Below are positions 25,990 to 37,059 of a DNA stretch of 64,000 bases, one piece after another. Every line of letters begins with the position of its first letter. Within the stretch, counting starts at the first letter, position 1. The stretch is taken from assembly GCF_030028105.1 (NCBI RefSeq), contig NC_092383.1, positions 87,253,921 to 87,317,920 on the forward strand. Reading direction: 5' to 3'. This DNA comes from Mobula birostris. Taxonomy: Eukaryota. The notes under the pieces were generated by a model. That model was not told where the DNA came from. It saw only the letters and a list, made by a program, of their open reading frames with translations, and did no database searches. Made by a program: the position numbers and the translations under genes.

Positions 25990-27400
25990 TAGGTTTCCGA
26001 CCTGAAACTGCAACAGATGTTGGCTGACCAACTGATTTCCTCCATTGCTTTGTGAGTTGCTCCAGAAAGTTGTTTGCGAAGCAGTTTCTTTTTGTCCACT
26101 CAAGAAATTTCGAGAGATTGAAAAAGTTAAAAGACATTTTCAATCTCTCATTGCTACAGCCAGAAATTCCCACTTGCTTCGAAAGGGCAACAATTTTACC
26201 AGTGCCCAAGAACACCAGTGTGAGCTGGCTGAATGATTATCGTCCAGTCGCACTCACATCTACGTGATGAAGTACTTTGAGAAGCTGGTCATGGCCAGAA
26301 TCAACTCCTGCCTCAGCCAGGACCTGCACCACAGCAATTTGCCTATTGCCACAATAGATCTATAGTGGATGCAATCTCATTGGCTGTCCATGCAGCCTTG
26401 AATCACCTGGACAATAAAATACCTATGTCAGCATACTATTTATTCACTATAGCTCAATGTTTAACACCGTCATTCCCACAGTGCTTTTTGAAGAGTTATA
26501 GAACCTGGGCTTCTGTACCTCCCTCTGCAAATGGAAGACCTCAATCTGGAAATAACAACTCCACCTCACTGACAATCGACAGTGGTTCACCTCAGGGACG
26601 TGTGGTTAGTTCGCTGCTCATGTTCTCTCTACACCCGTGACAGAGTGGCTAGGCACAGCTCAAATGTCATCTATAAATTTGCTGACGATACACCCATTGT
26701 TGGCAGAATATCAGGTGGAAATGAGAGGGTGTGCAGGAGTAGATATACCAGCAAGTGGAGAGGTGTTGTGGCAACATCCTTGCACTCACTGATTGTGGCC
26801 TTGAGAAAAGCTAAGAGGAGGGTACACACACCGTAGGGGGATTGGAAGTGTAGAGAGTGAGCAATTTCATGTTACTGGGCATTAGTATCTCTGAGGACGT
26901 AATCTGACCCCAGCAAATTGATGCAGCTGTGAAGAAGGCAAGACAGTGGCTGTATTTAATTAGGATTTTGAGAAGAATTGGTATGTCACCTAAATATCTA
27001 CATATGTACTGTGGAGAGCATTCTGACTGGCTGCGTCACTGTCTGGTATTTGGGCATGTGGGCCGGGGGTGGGGGGGGGGGGGCGGGAGGGAACGCTGAT
27101 ACTGTACAGCATCAAAGTAAGCTGCAGAAAGTTGTCAAATTAGTCAGACCCATCACGGATACTCGACTCCACAGTTTACAAGACATCCTCAAGAAGCAGT
27201 GCCTCAAAAAGGAACTCTGCCACCCAGGACATGCCTTCTTGTCATTGTTACCTTCAGGAAGGAGGTACAGAAGCCTGAAAGCATGCATTCAGAATTTCAG
27301 AAACAGCTTCGTCCCCTCTGCATCCAATTTCTGAATGGACATTGAACCCAAGAACACCTTGTCACTTATTTTTAATTCTGTTTTTTCACTGCATATTTAA
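25990..27400 (+). mobile_element. Rex1/Babar-type non-LTR retrotransposon (decayed RT and 3' end)
   Basis: Motifs [46 protein letters not shown] and CTVESILTGC...HPGHAFLSLLPSGRRYRS. Confidence 0.85.
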
Positions 27401-27559
27401 TCTAACTATTCAATATATATAAATACTGCAATGGACAGTTTTTTTTTGTTCGATATTATCCTGTATTGCATTGTAGTACTGCCACAAATTAACAAATTTC
27501 ACAACATGTGCTGTTGATATTACACCTGATTCTGATTTACGGAAACATGTTCTCTTCAG

Positions 27560-27880
27560 TTTCAGGTGCATTGTGGGCAGAGAAAAATGTAACAGGAGTT
27601 GTGGGAAGAACAATCACAATCGATTGTCACTATGAAGCAAAGTACAGCTCACACACAAAGTATTGGTGCCATGGATGGAGTCGTCATTGTTCAGTTTTAG
27701 TGGAAACAAATGAGCATCACGGACAGCGTGGACGAGTATCAATCACAGATAACCCGGAACGGAGGATATTTACTGTTACAATGAAGGATCTTCGCTCTGA
27801 AGATACAGGATGGTACAGCTGTGCAATTACAACATCAGGTTATGACCCAATGGTTAACATACATCTGCAAGTGTCTGACG
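27560..27880 (+). CDS. Gene 2 V-type Ig exon V1
   Basis: tctcttcag|...GAC G|gtatgt, 321 nt, phase 1-1. Encodes VSGALWAEKNVTGVVGRTITIDCHY...KYWCHGWSRHC...EDTGWYSCAI...HLQVSD. Confidence 0.92.
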
Positions 27881-28296
27881 GTATGTAACGCAGTGATGGA
27901 CTTTATGTCTCTATTGAAATGTCTGATCCAAGTTTTCTCTAGGAACGGCCATGGTATCATTGATATCCCCGAGGCTCCGCAGTAGTGTAGAGTCCTACTA
28001 GGAATACACAGCAGTCAAGAAACCCAATTCATGTTGATCTCACCCAATTCATGGTCATGGTCCAATGTTCCGCCTGTATCTTCAAGAATCTGATGGTACA
28101 TTTATCAGGGCTTTACTTTCTGTTCCCCACTAAAATATCTTCTTTGTCTTCACTGCGAAGGGTCAGGACAGTTCCGATATCCCGAGGGTCTACATCCCCT
28201 CTGCCATCCGATTTCTGAACTGACAGTGAACCCATGAACACTTTGTCACATATTTTTGTTTCTGTTTTTTCACTGCATATTTAATCTAACTACTTA

Positions 28297-28340
<44 letters not shown>
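28297..28340. repeat. (TA)n microsatellite; related tracts at ~29858-29885 and (CA)n at ~31405-31447
   Basis: Read directly from the sequence; each abuts the left TIR of a mariner-derived element. Confidence 0.95.
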
Positions 28341-28343
<3 letters not shown>

Positions 28344-28345
<2 letters not shown>

Positions 28346-28978
28346 AGGGTTGATTGATAAGTTTGTGGCCTAAGGTAGAAGGACCCAATTGTAGAAAACT
28401 TAGCACATTTATTTTGCAACATAGTTCCCTCCTACATTTACACACTTAGTCCAGCGGTCGTGGAGCATACGGATCCCTTCTTTGTAGAAGTTGGCATCTT
28501 GGACCTCCAGAAAGTGGCCCACAGCAGGGGTGATTGATACGTTTGTGGCCTAAGGTAGGAGATGAGTTATTAACTTCAAACCTTCTGCATTTTCACTCAA
28601 AGAGTTGAACTGCACGTGCATGTAACGAGAGCTGTATAACTCATCTCCTTCTACCTTAGGCCACGAACTTATCAATCACCCCTGCTGTGGACCACCTGGA
28701 GGTCCAAGACATTCTCGTTACATGCACGTGCAGTTCAACTCTTTGACTGATAATGCAGAATGTTTGAAGTTAGTAACTCATCTCCTTCTACCTCAGGCCA
28801 CAAACTTATCAATCACCACTGGTGTGAACCACTTCTACAAAGAAGGGATGCGTATGCTCCACGACTGCTGGACTAAGTGTGTACATGTAGAAGGGGACTA
28901 TGTTGAAAAATAAATGTACTAGGTTTTCTAAAACTGACTCCTTCTACCTTAGGCCACAAACTTATCAATTATCCCTCG
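28344..28978. mobile_element. Fold-back mariner-derived non-autonomous element, copy 1
   Basis: TIRs gggttgattgataagtttgtggcctaaggtagaagga / tccttctaccttaggccacaaacttatcaattatccctcg, inserted in a TA tract. Both arms carry the mariner transposase C-terminus (FYKEGMRMLHDCWTKCVHVEGDYVEK*) in opposite orientations, and there are internal TIR copies. Confidence 0.85.
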
Positions 28979-29120
28979 TATATTATTAATGCAATGGATA
29001 GTTTTTTGTTCTGTATTATCCTGTATTGCATTGTAGTACTGCCACAAAGTTAACAAATTTCACAACATGTGCTGTTGATATTACACCTGATTCTGATTTA
29101 CGGAAACATGTTCTCCTCAG

Positions 29121-29441
29121 TTTCAGGTGCATTGTGGGCAGAGAAAAATGTAACAGGAGTTGTGGGAAGAGCGATCACAATCGATTGTCACTATGAAGCA
29201 AAGTACAGCTCACACACAAAGTATTGGTGCCATGGATGGAGTCGTCATTGTTCAGTTTTAGTGGAAACAAATGGGCATCACGGACAGCGTGGACGAGTAT
29301 CAATCACAGATAACCCGGAACGGAGGATATTTACCGTTACAATGAAGGATCTTCGCTCTGAAGATACAGGATGGTACAGCTGTGCAATTACAACATCAGG
29401 TTATGACCCAATGGTTAACATACATCTGCAAGTGTCTGACG
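29121..29441 (+). CDS. Gene 2 V-type Ig exon V2
   Basis: Intact splice sites, 321 nt. Four nt differ from V1 (T>A, E>G, two silent). Confidence 0.9.
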
Positions 29442-29890
29442 GTATGTAACGCAGTGATTGACTTTATGTCTCTATTGAAATGTCTGATCCAAGTTTTCTC
29501 TAGGAACGGCCAGGGTATCATTGATATCCCCGAGGCTCTGCAGTAGTGTAGAGTCCTACTAGGAATACACAGCAGTCAAGAAACCCAACTCATGTTGATC
29601 TCACCCAATTCATGGTCATGGTCCAATGTTCCACCTGTATCTTCAAGAATCTGATGGTACATTTATCAGGGCTTTACTTTCTGTTCTCCACTAAAATACC
29701 TTCTGTGTCTTCATTGCGAAGGGTCAGGACAGTTCCGATATCCCGAGGGTCTACATCCCCTCTGCCATCCGATTTCTGAACTGACAGTGAACCCATGAAC
29801 ACTTTGTCACATATTTTTGTTTCTGTTTTTTCACTGCATATTTAATCTAACTACTTAATATATATATATACATATATATATATACACACA

Positions 29891-30525
29891 CAAGGGTTGA
29901 TTGATAAGTTTGTGGCCTAAGGTAGAAGGACCCAATTGTAGAAAACTTAGCACATTTATTTTGCAACATAGTTCCCTTCTACATTAACACACTTAGTCCA
30001 GCGGTCATGGAGCATACGGATCCCTTCTTTGTAGAAGTTGGCGTCTTGGACCTCCAGAAAGTGGCCCACAGCAGGGGTGATTGATACGTTTGTGGCCTAA
30101 GGTAGGAGATGAGTTATTAACTTCAAACCTTCTGCATTTTCACTCAAAGAGTTGAACTTCACATGCATGTAACGAGAGCTGTATAACTCATCTCCTTCTA
30201 CCTTAGGCCACGAATTTATCAATCACCCCTGCTGTGGACCACCTGGAGGTCCAAGACACTCTAGTTACATGCACGTGCAGTGCAACTCTTTGAGTGATAA
30301 TGCAGAATGTTTGAAGTTAATAACTCATCTCCTTCTACCTCAGGCCACAAACTTATCAATCACCATTGGTGTGAACCACTCCTACAAAGAAGGGATGCGT
30401 ATGCTCCACAACTGCTGGACTAAGTGTGTACATGTAGAAAGGGACTATGTTGAAAAATAAATGTACTAGGTTTTCTAAAACTGACTCCTTCTACCTTAGG
30501 CCACAAACTTATCAATCATCTCTCG
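29891..30525. mobile_element. Fold-back mariner-derived element, copy 2
   Basis: Near-identical to copy 1, at the same position in the repeat unit. Confidence 0.85.
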
Positions 30526-30666
30526 TATATTATTAATGCAATGGACAGTTTTTTGTTCGATATTATCCTGTATTGCATTGTAGTACTGCCACAAATTAAC
30601 AAATTTCACAACATGTGCTGTTGATATTACACCTGATTCTGATTTACGGAAACATGTTCTCCTCAG

Positions 30667-30987
30667 TTTCAGGTGCATTGTGGGCAGAGAAAAATGTAAC
30701 AGGAGTTGTGGGAAGAGCGATCACAATCGATTGTCACTATGAAGCAAAGTACAGCTCACACACAAAGTATTGGTGCCATGGATGGAGTCGTCATTGTTCA
30801 GTTTTAGTGGAAACAAATGGGCATCACGGACAGCGTGGACGAGTATCAATCACAGATAACCCGGAACGGAGGATATTTACTGTTACAATGGTGGATCTTC
30901 GCTCTGAAGATACAGGATGGTACAGCTGTGCAATTACAACATCAGGTTATGACCCAATGGTTAACATACATCTGCAAGTGTCTGACG
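30667..30987 (+). CDS. Gene 2 V-type Ig exon V3
   Basis: Intact splice sites, 321 nt. Three nt differ from V2 (K>V by a 2-nt change, one silent). Confidence 0.9.
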
Positions 30988-31396
30988 GTATGTAACGCAG
31001 TGATTGACTTTATGTCTCTATTGAAATGTCTGATCCAAGTTTTGTCTAGGAACGGACAGTGTATCATTGATATCCCCGAGGCGCCGCAGTAGTGCAGAGT
31101 CCTACTAGGAATACACAGCAGTCAAGAAACCCAACTTATGTTGATCTCACCCAATTCATGGTCATGGTCCAATGTTCCGCCTGTATCTTCAAGAATCTGA
31201 TGGTACATTTATCAGGGCTTTACTTTCTGTTCCCCACTAAAATACCTTCTGTGTCTTCACTGCGAAGGGTCAGGACAGTTCCGATATCCCGAGGGTCTAC
31301 ATCCCCTCTGCCATCCGATTTCTGAACTGACAGTGAACCCATGAACACTTTGTCACATATTTTTGTTTCTGTTTTTTCACTGCATATTTAATCTAT

Positions 31397-31446
<50 letters not shown>

Positions 31447-31451
<5 letters not shown>

Positions 31452-31927
31452 AGTGATTGATAAGTTTGTGGCCCGAGGTAGAAGGAGTCAATTTTAGAAA
31501 ACCTAGCACATTTATTTTTCAACATCGTCTCCTCCTACATTTACACACTTAGTCCAGCAGTTGTGGAGCATAGGATCCCTTCTTTATAGAAGTCGGTGTC
31601 TTGGACCTCCAGAAAGTGGCCCACAGCAGGGGTGATTGATACGTTTGTGGCCTAGGGTAGAAGGAGATGAGTTATTAACTTCAAACCTTCTGTATTATCA
31701 CTCAAAGAGTTGAACTGCACTTGCATGTAACGAGAGCTGTATAACTCATCTCCTTCTACCTTAGGCCACAAACTTATCAATCACCCCTGCTGTGGACCAC
31801 CTGGAGGTCCAAGACGCTCTCATTAGATGCACGTGCAGTTCAACTCTTTGACTGATAACGTGGAAAGTTTGAAGTTAATAACTCATCTCCTTCTACCTCA
31901 GGCCATGAAATTATCAATCAGCCCTCG
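31447..31927. mobile_element. Fold-back mariner-derived element, copy 3 (shorter, more diverged)
   Basis: Same TIRs and left arm; the right-arm transposase segment is missing. Confidence 0.8.
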
Positions 31928-32068
31928 TGTATAAATACTGCAATGGACAGTTTTTGGTTCTATATTATCCTGTATTGCATTGTAGTACTGCCACAAATTA
32001 ACAAATTTCACAACATGTGCTGTTGATATTACACCTGATTCTGATTTACGGAAACATGTTCTCTTCAG

Positions 32069-32389
32069 TTTCAGGTGCATTGTGGGCAGAGAAAAATGTA
32101 ACAGGAGTTGTGGGAAGAGCGATCACAATCCATTGTCACTATGAAGCAAAGTACCGCTCACATACAAAGTATTGGTGCCATGGATGGAGTCGTCATTGTT
32201 CAGTTTTAGTGGAAACAAATGGGCATCACGGACAGCGTGGACGAGTATCAATCACAGATAACCCGGAACGGAGGATATTTACTGTTACAATGGTGGATCT
32301 TCGCTCTGAAGATACAGGATGGTACAGCTGTGCAATTACAACATCAGGTTATGATCCAATGTTTAACATACATCTGCAAGTGTCTGACG
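32069..32389 (+). CDS. Gene 2 V-type Ig exon V4
   Basis: Intact splice sites, 321 nt. Five nt differ from V3 (D>H, S>R, V>F, two silent). Confidence 0.9.
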
Positions 32390-34568
32390 GTATGTTGCGC
32401 AGTGACTGATTTTATGTCTCCTCTGAAATGTCTGATCCAAGTTTTCTCTGGGAATGTTCAGGGTAGCATTGATATCCTGAGGCTCAGCAACAGGGCAGAG
32501 CCTTACGATGAGCTGTCAGGAGTCAGGAAACCCAATTCATGTTGATCTCACCCAATTCATGGTCACTGTCCAATGTTCCGCCTATATCTACAGGAATCTG
32601 TTGGTACATTTACCACGGATTTACTTTCTGCCCCCACATAAATATCTGCTCTGTGTCTTCACTGTGAAGGGTTACGACAACTCCCACATCCCGAGGGACC
32701 ACTGCAGTGCAGAGTCTTGTGAGGAGTGAACAGGAATCAGGGAATCACCCAGTGTGAGGTCTGACCCACTGATAGACACCGACTTCTATTGGGAGGCTCA
32801 GCACAATTTTCCTGCCTCAGAAGCATATGGAATGTCACCCTATCAGAGGTTTGCATTCAGAGTAAAACTAATAATCCAGCCATAACAGAGCAGTGAGAAT
32901 CCTGTTGCTCATGGGCTAAGTACCGGAAAACCATAAAAAGGGAATCATTTCCCAGAGCTCAACAGACTGCATTCAGTTCTTCCAAAGCAGGCCAGTCCAA
33001 TCCCTGGCCTATCTCAGGGATCAATCAGTCCCTCCTAACCCCCACCCCCCCACCTGTATCCCCATAAATGTGTTCTGAGCCCCCACCCCCAGAACCCACT
33101 GACCATCCACTCTGAAACATCCAGCCTCTTCATCCACCCATTACCGGCAGGAATCAGATTAAGTGAAATCTGATGAGATCTTGTCCCATCAGAATCCTTT
33201 TGTTTTCCTTTATCCATCTTGCCCTTTTACTCCTTGTCATTCCCCTCCACTGCCCTTGTGCCCACACTTTCTCCCTCTGGTGCCCCACCTACTTATTCTA
33301 TTCCATAGTCTACTGTCCTCTCCAAATAGATTCCTCCTTCTTTAACCCTTTGCCTCTTCCGCCTATCACCTCCCAATTTATCATACTCTTTTTTGCCCCA
33401 TCCCACCTTCCTGCCTTCCTCCTCTCACCTAGATTCACCTATCAGCTGTCAGCTTATGCTCCTCCTCCTCTCCCCACCCTTTTATTCAATCCTCTCCCCT
33501 CATTCTTTCCAGTCCTGGTGAAGCATCTCAGTCAGAAACATCACACGTGCATTTTCCTCCAGAGATGTTGCCTGACCTGCTGAGTTCCTCCAGCTCCTTT
33601 GTGTGAACATCCACCTTCCTGAGACTTCTGGGCTTCGCCCACTGCCTCCATGCAAACAGCAGCACCAAGGTACTCCTTTGCTGTAGCAGGTCCCAGAAAT
33701 CAAACACTTTCTCCCAAAACCCTCCAAGCATGTGACAGATATCTGACCATCAGAGCAAATACTGGCAATCTCACTGGCAGAAAGAGGTATAGCAACTAAA
33801 CAAATAGTTAATCACTTTTGTCATTTTTCATTGGCTAAGATTTAGCACATTACCCACATGGTAATTGTTTTAATTATCAATTAATTAATCACTATCTAAG
33901 AAATTTTCTTTATCTCATCTATAAAAGTGATGGATTTTTCAGAAGCACTATGTTTCATTTCTTTTTATTCCTTTGCATTACATCCTTTAGCATTGATTTC
34001 CCTTTAGCATCATTTCTCAGCTCTTTATTTACGTTTGTAGATTGATGAATATTTGTATGTTTTTTTACTCTAAATTAAGCAGAAATCTTTGAACTAAGAC
34101 TGCTCACACTGAAGTGGATCACTTCACATTTGTCTACAGAATGATGCATCTGCCATTCATTTGCTAATTCTCTGAACCAGTCCAAATCATGCTTAAGAAA
34201 CTCCTCATAGTACACATTGTCACCCGGCTTTGTGCCCTCTGCAAACTTGATATATTGCATTTAATTCCTCTGGACTATGTTATTAATATACAATGAGATG
34301 AGTTGGGTTTCTAACACTGAATGCAACAGTTTCCCTCTAAAAACTCACTGCCAGTCAAAAGCAGAGCTCTTCATTCCTGCTGTTTGAATTCTGTCTGCCA
34401 ACTGGTTCTCTATCCATATTAGTCCTCTAATCCACCTGTTTTAATCTGACATGTGTAGGACCTTATCAAATGCTTTCTGGAAATCCAAACACACAACCTG
34501 CTGTCATTATTCTGCAAGCTATCTTCTCATCTACTTGCACAGGGAAGCTGTTGAAACTGGATTTTATC

Positions 34569-35066
34569 GCCAGTGCGATCATGTTTGCTGTTGTGTGCTG
34601 GGGCAGCAGGCTGAGGGTAGCAGACACCAACAGAATCAACAAACTCATTCGTAAGGCCAGTGATGTTGTGGGGATGGAACTGGACTCTCTGACGGTGGTG
34701 TCTGAAAAGAGGAGGCTGTCCAAGCTGCATGTCATCTTGGACAATGTCTCCCGTCCACTACATAATATACTGGTTGGGCACAGGAGTACATTCAGCCAGA
34801 AACTCATTCCACTGAGATGCAACACAGAGCCTCATAGGAAGTCATTCCTGCCTGTGGCCATCAAACTCTACAACTCCTCCCTTGGAGGGTCAGACACCCT
34901 GAGCCAATAGGCTGGTCCTGGACTTATTTCCTGGCATAATTTACATATTACTATTTAATTATTTATGGTTTTATTACTATTTAATTACTTATGGTGCAAC
35001 TGTAACGAAAACCAATTTCCCCTGGGATCAATAAAGTATGACTTTGACTATGACTATGACTATGAC
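34569..35066 (+). mobile_element. 5'-truncated Rex1-type LINE with (GACTAT)n tail, inserted in the polypyrimidine tract of the stalk exon
   Basis: RT C-terminus SAIMFAVVCWG...RKSFLPVAIKLYNSS, then AATAAA and the tail. The paralogous site at ~50884-50905 is empty. Confidence 0.9.
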
Positions 35067-35078
35067 TTATCTCTACAG

Positions 35079-35229
35079 AATCTGGATACATTTCTGAAAC
35101 TTCTACAGAATCTGGATACATTTCTGAAACTTCTGTAACAGATTCAACGAGGACTTCACAATCTGAAACTTCAGAAATGAATTTCAATGATACTCGAAGA
35201 AAAAACATACAATCCATTTCTGCCAAAAG
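35079..35229 (+). CDS. Gene 2 Ser/Thr-rich stalk exon
   Basis: ctctacag|AA...AG|gtacaa, phase 1-2. Encodes ESGYISETSTESGYISETSVTDSTRTSQSETSEMNFNDTRRKNIQSISAK. A paralogous exon lies at 50906-51014. Confidence 0.8.
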
Positions 35230-36981
35230 GTACAATGTTCTCATTTGTCAATGTTTTGATTGACACTACTGCCATGCAAGATATGTGATGTTATTGGTGG
35301 TGATTGCTTGCGGAGGGTGGGGAATGGGAGGGGCAGGAGGTGGGTGGTACACCCACCTTTCTTTGCTGGCATTGTACCTGTGAGAGTATTGACTTCAAAC
35401 ATACTGAAATAATGGGAGAGGCCTATACACGGCTCTTTCTCACACATTTCAATCCTGAGGCTCCAAGGTAAATATTTTGTGTTGATTTAAACATGAAAGT
35501 TGAAAGTGTTATTTTAGAATCTCACTTATCAAAATGGAGAGAGTGCTGGATTTGTATCAGGCTGCTTTGCTTGTTGAGAAATAAGAGCAGATTACTCCCT
35601 TTGCCACCCCTCAGAGGATATACGGCTTGATGTCAATTGTATTTGTCAAATTCCAGCAATGCTGCTTTGCCTTGCCATGACCAACTCTGATGTGACCCTG
35701 ATGGCAAATTTCATGGTCGGTTAAGGTAAAAATGCTGGTCACTGCATCTGCAGAAAAGATGTTCCTGGGGAGTGGGCATGGGTGAGGTCAGTATTATTGC
35801 TCTGGACTACACAGCATTAAAATGGGGTTACCTTGGAGATATGTTAAAGTAAAAAGACAATTTGGCTCAGGCAGTCCAATAGTAGATGTCACACTAGAAT
35901 CTTTCGTTTGCCTCCCTATCTTGTCTTGGTATGCCTAAAGACCTTTGCTCCCAGACATAAACAGAATGTTGCCATGCAAGTTGATAGGGTGGTTAACAAA
36001 GAACATTGTGTGTTGGCTTTCATTAGTCAGATAATTTAATTTAAGAGGCTTGAGGTAATGTTGCAGCTCTATAAAACTCTGGTTCGTCCACACTTGAAGA
36101 TTGTCTTCAGTTCGAATCATTCCATATAGGAAAGATGGAAAAGCTTTAGAAGAGATTTACCAGGATGCTGCCTAGTATAGACAACATGTTTTATGAGGAT
36201 GGGATGAGTGAGCTAGGGATTTTATCTTTGGACATAAGGAGGTTAAGAGGTGACTTGATAGAGGTGTATAAGATGATAGGAGGCATTAGTAAATTGAATA
36301 GTATTGATACTTGAGTTTTTTCTGCAAGCAATGTTCCCACTTTCAAGGATTCATCATCTCATGTTCTTGATTGTTATTGCTAATATATTTATTATTATTT
36401 CTTTCTTTATGTGTTTGCACAGTTTGCTGTGTTCTGCACCCTGGTGGAACACCAAAGTTTGGTGGTCTTTTATTGATTCTGTTATGGTTATTATTCTATA
36501 GATTTATTGATTTTGCCCACGAGAAAAATGAATCTCAATGTTGTATAGCGTGAGGTATGTGTTTACATTGAACTTTGAGCTTTAATATAAGTGGACATAC
36601 TGTTAGGTCTGGGGGAAAGTATAATGGGTTATCAGAGGAAGGTCTTTTACACAGAGAGAGTGGCAAGTGCTTGAAATGTGCTGCTGGGGTACTGGTAGAA
36701 ACAAGTGCGTCTGGAAGATTTAAGATAGGCACATGAAGAAAGAAATATGAAGGGCTACGTGGGAGGGAAGGGTTAGATTAATATTGGAATAGGTTAAAGA
36801 GCTGATAAAACATGTTTGGCTGAAGAGCCTGTACTTCGCTGTACTATTCTATGTGCTTTTCCCTTACATATTTGATTTTCTTCTTATTTGTTTCCTTCTC
36901 TATTATCATCATAAAATGCATTTTATGTTGCTCACTTCATCTTAACTTCCCTACATGTTCTGGGTTATTTATCCTCTAAAT

Positions 36982-37059
36982 CAGGGGTTCACAACTTGGG
37001 GTCCATGACCCCAGTGCTTAATGGTATTAATCCTGACATAAAAAAGGTTGGAACCCTTG
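36982..37059. mobile_element. hAT-type MITE (78 bp)
   Basis: CAGGGGTTC...GAACCCTTG termini with a perfect 8-bp TSD CTCTAAAT (36974-36981 and 37060-37067). An 8-bp TSD is diagnostic of hAT. Confidence 0.85.

Larger units (their letters stand above)
27315..32697 (+). repeat. Tandem array of four V-exon units (periods 1561, 1546 and 1402 bp)
   Basis: Exon, downstream intron segment (...cccgaggg), Rex-like 3' UTR, (TA)n/(CA)n tract and mariner-derived element recur in the same order. Homology starts near ccctctgc at ~27315 and ends at cccgaggg near 32697. Confidence 0.93.

Noticed and set aside
27063-27089. Poly-G tract with G-quadruplex potential
   Set aside because: It lies inside a decayed Rex1 copy, and homopolymer length is error-prone. 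There is no evidence of function.
27508-27559. Hydrophobic N-terminal extension (LLILHLILIYGNMFSS) in the ORF track before each V exon, resembling a built-in signal peptide
   Set aside because: It starts at GTG, not ATG, and runs through the intron's branch and pyrimidine region. The in-frame ATG (MFSSVSG) leaves too short a leader, and a proper leader exon exists at 17457.
27889-27925. CGCAGTG after each V exon as a possible V(D)J recombination heptamer
   Set aside because: It breaks the essential CAC, no ACAAAAACC-like nonamer lies 12 or 23 nt away, and the exons end in ordinary GT donors with a complete G strand. These are not rearranging segments.
28344-31927. Regularly spaced repeats read as a CRISPR-like array
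   Set aside because: Eukaryotic context, kb-scale units, no unique spacers and no cas genes. Fully explained by tandem duplication and mariner TIRs.
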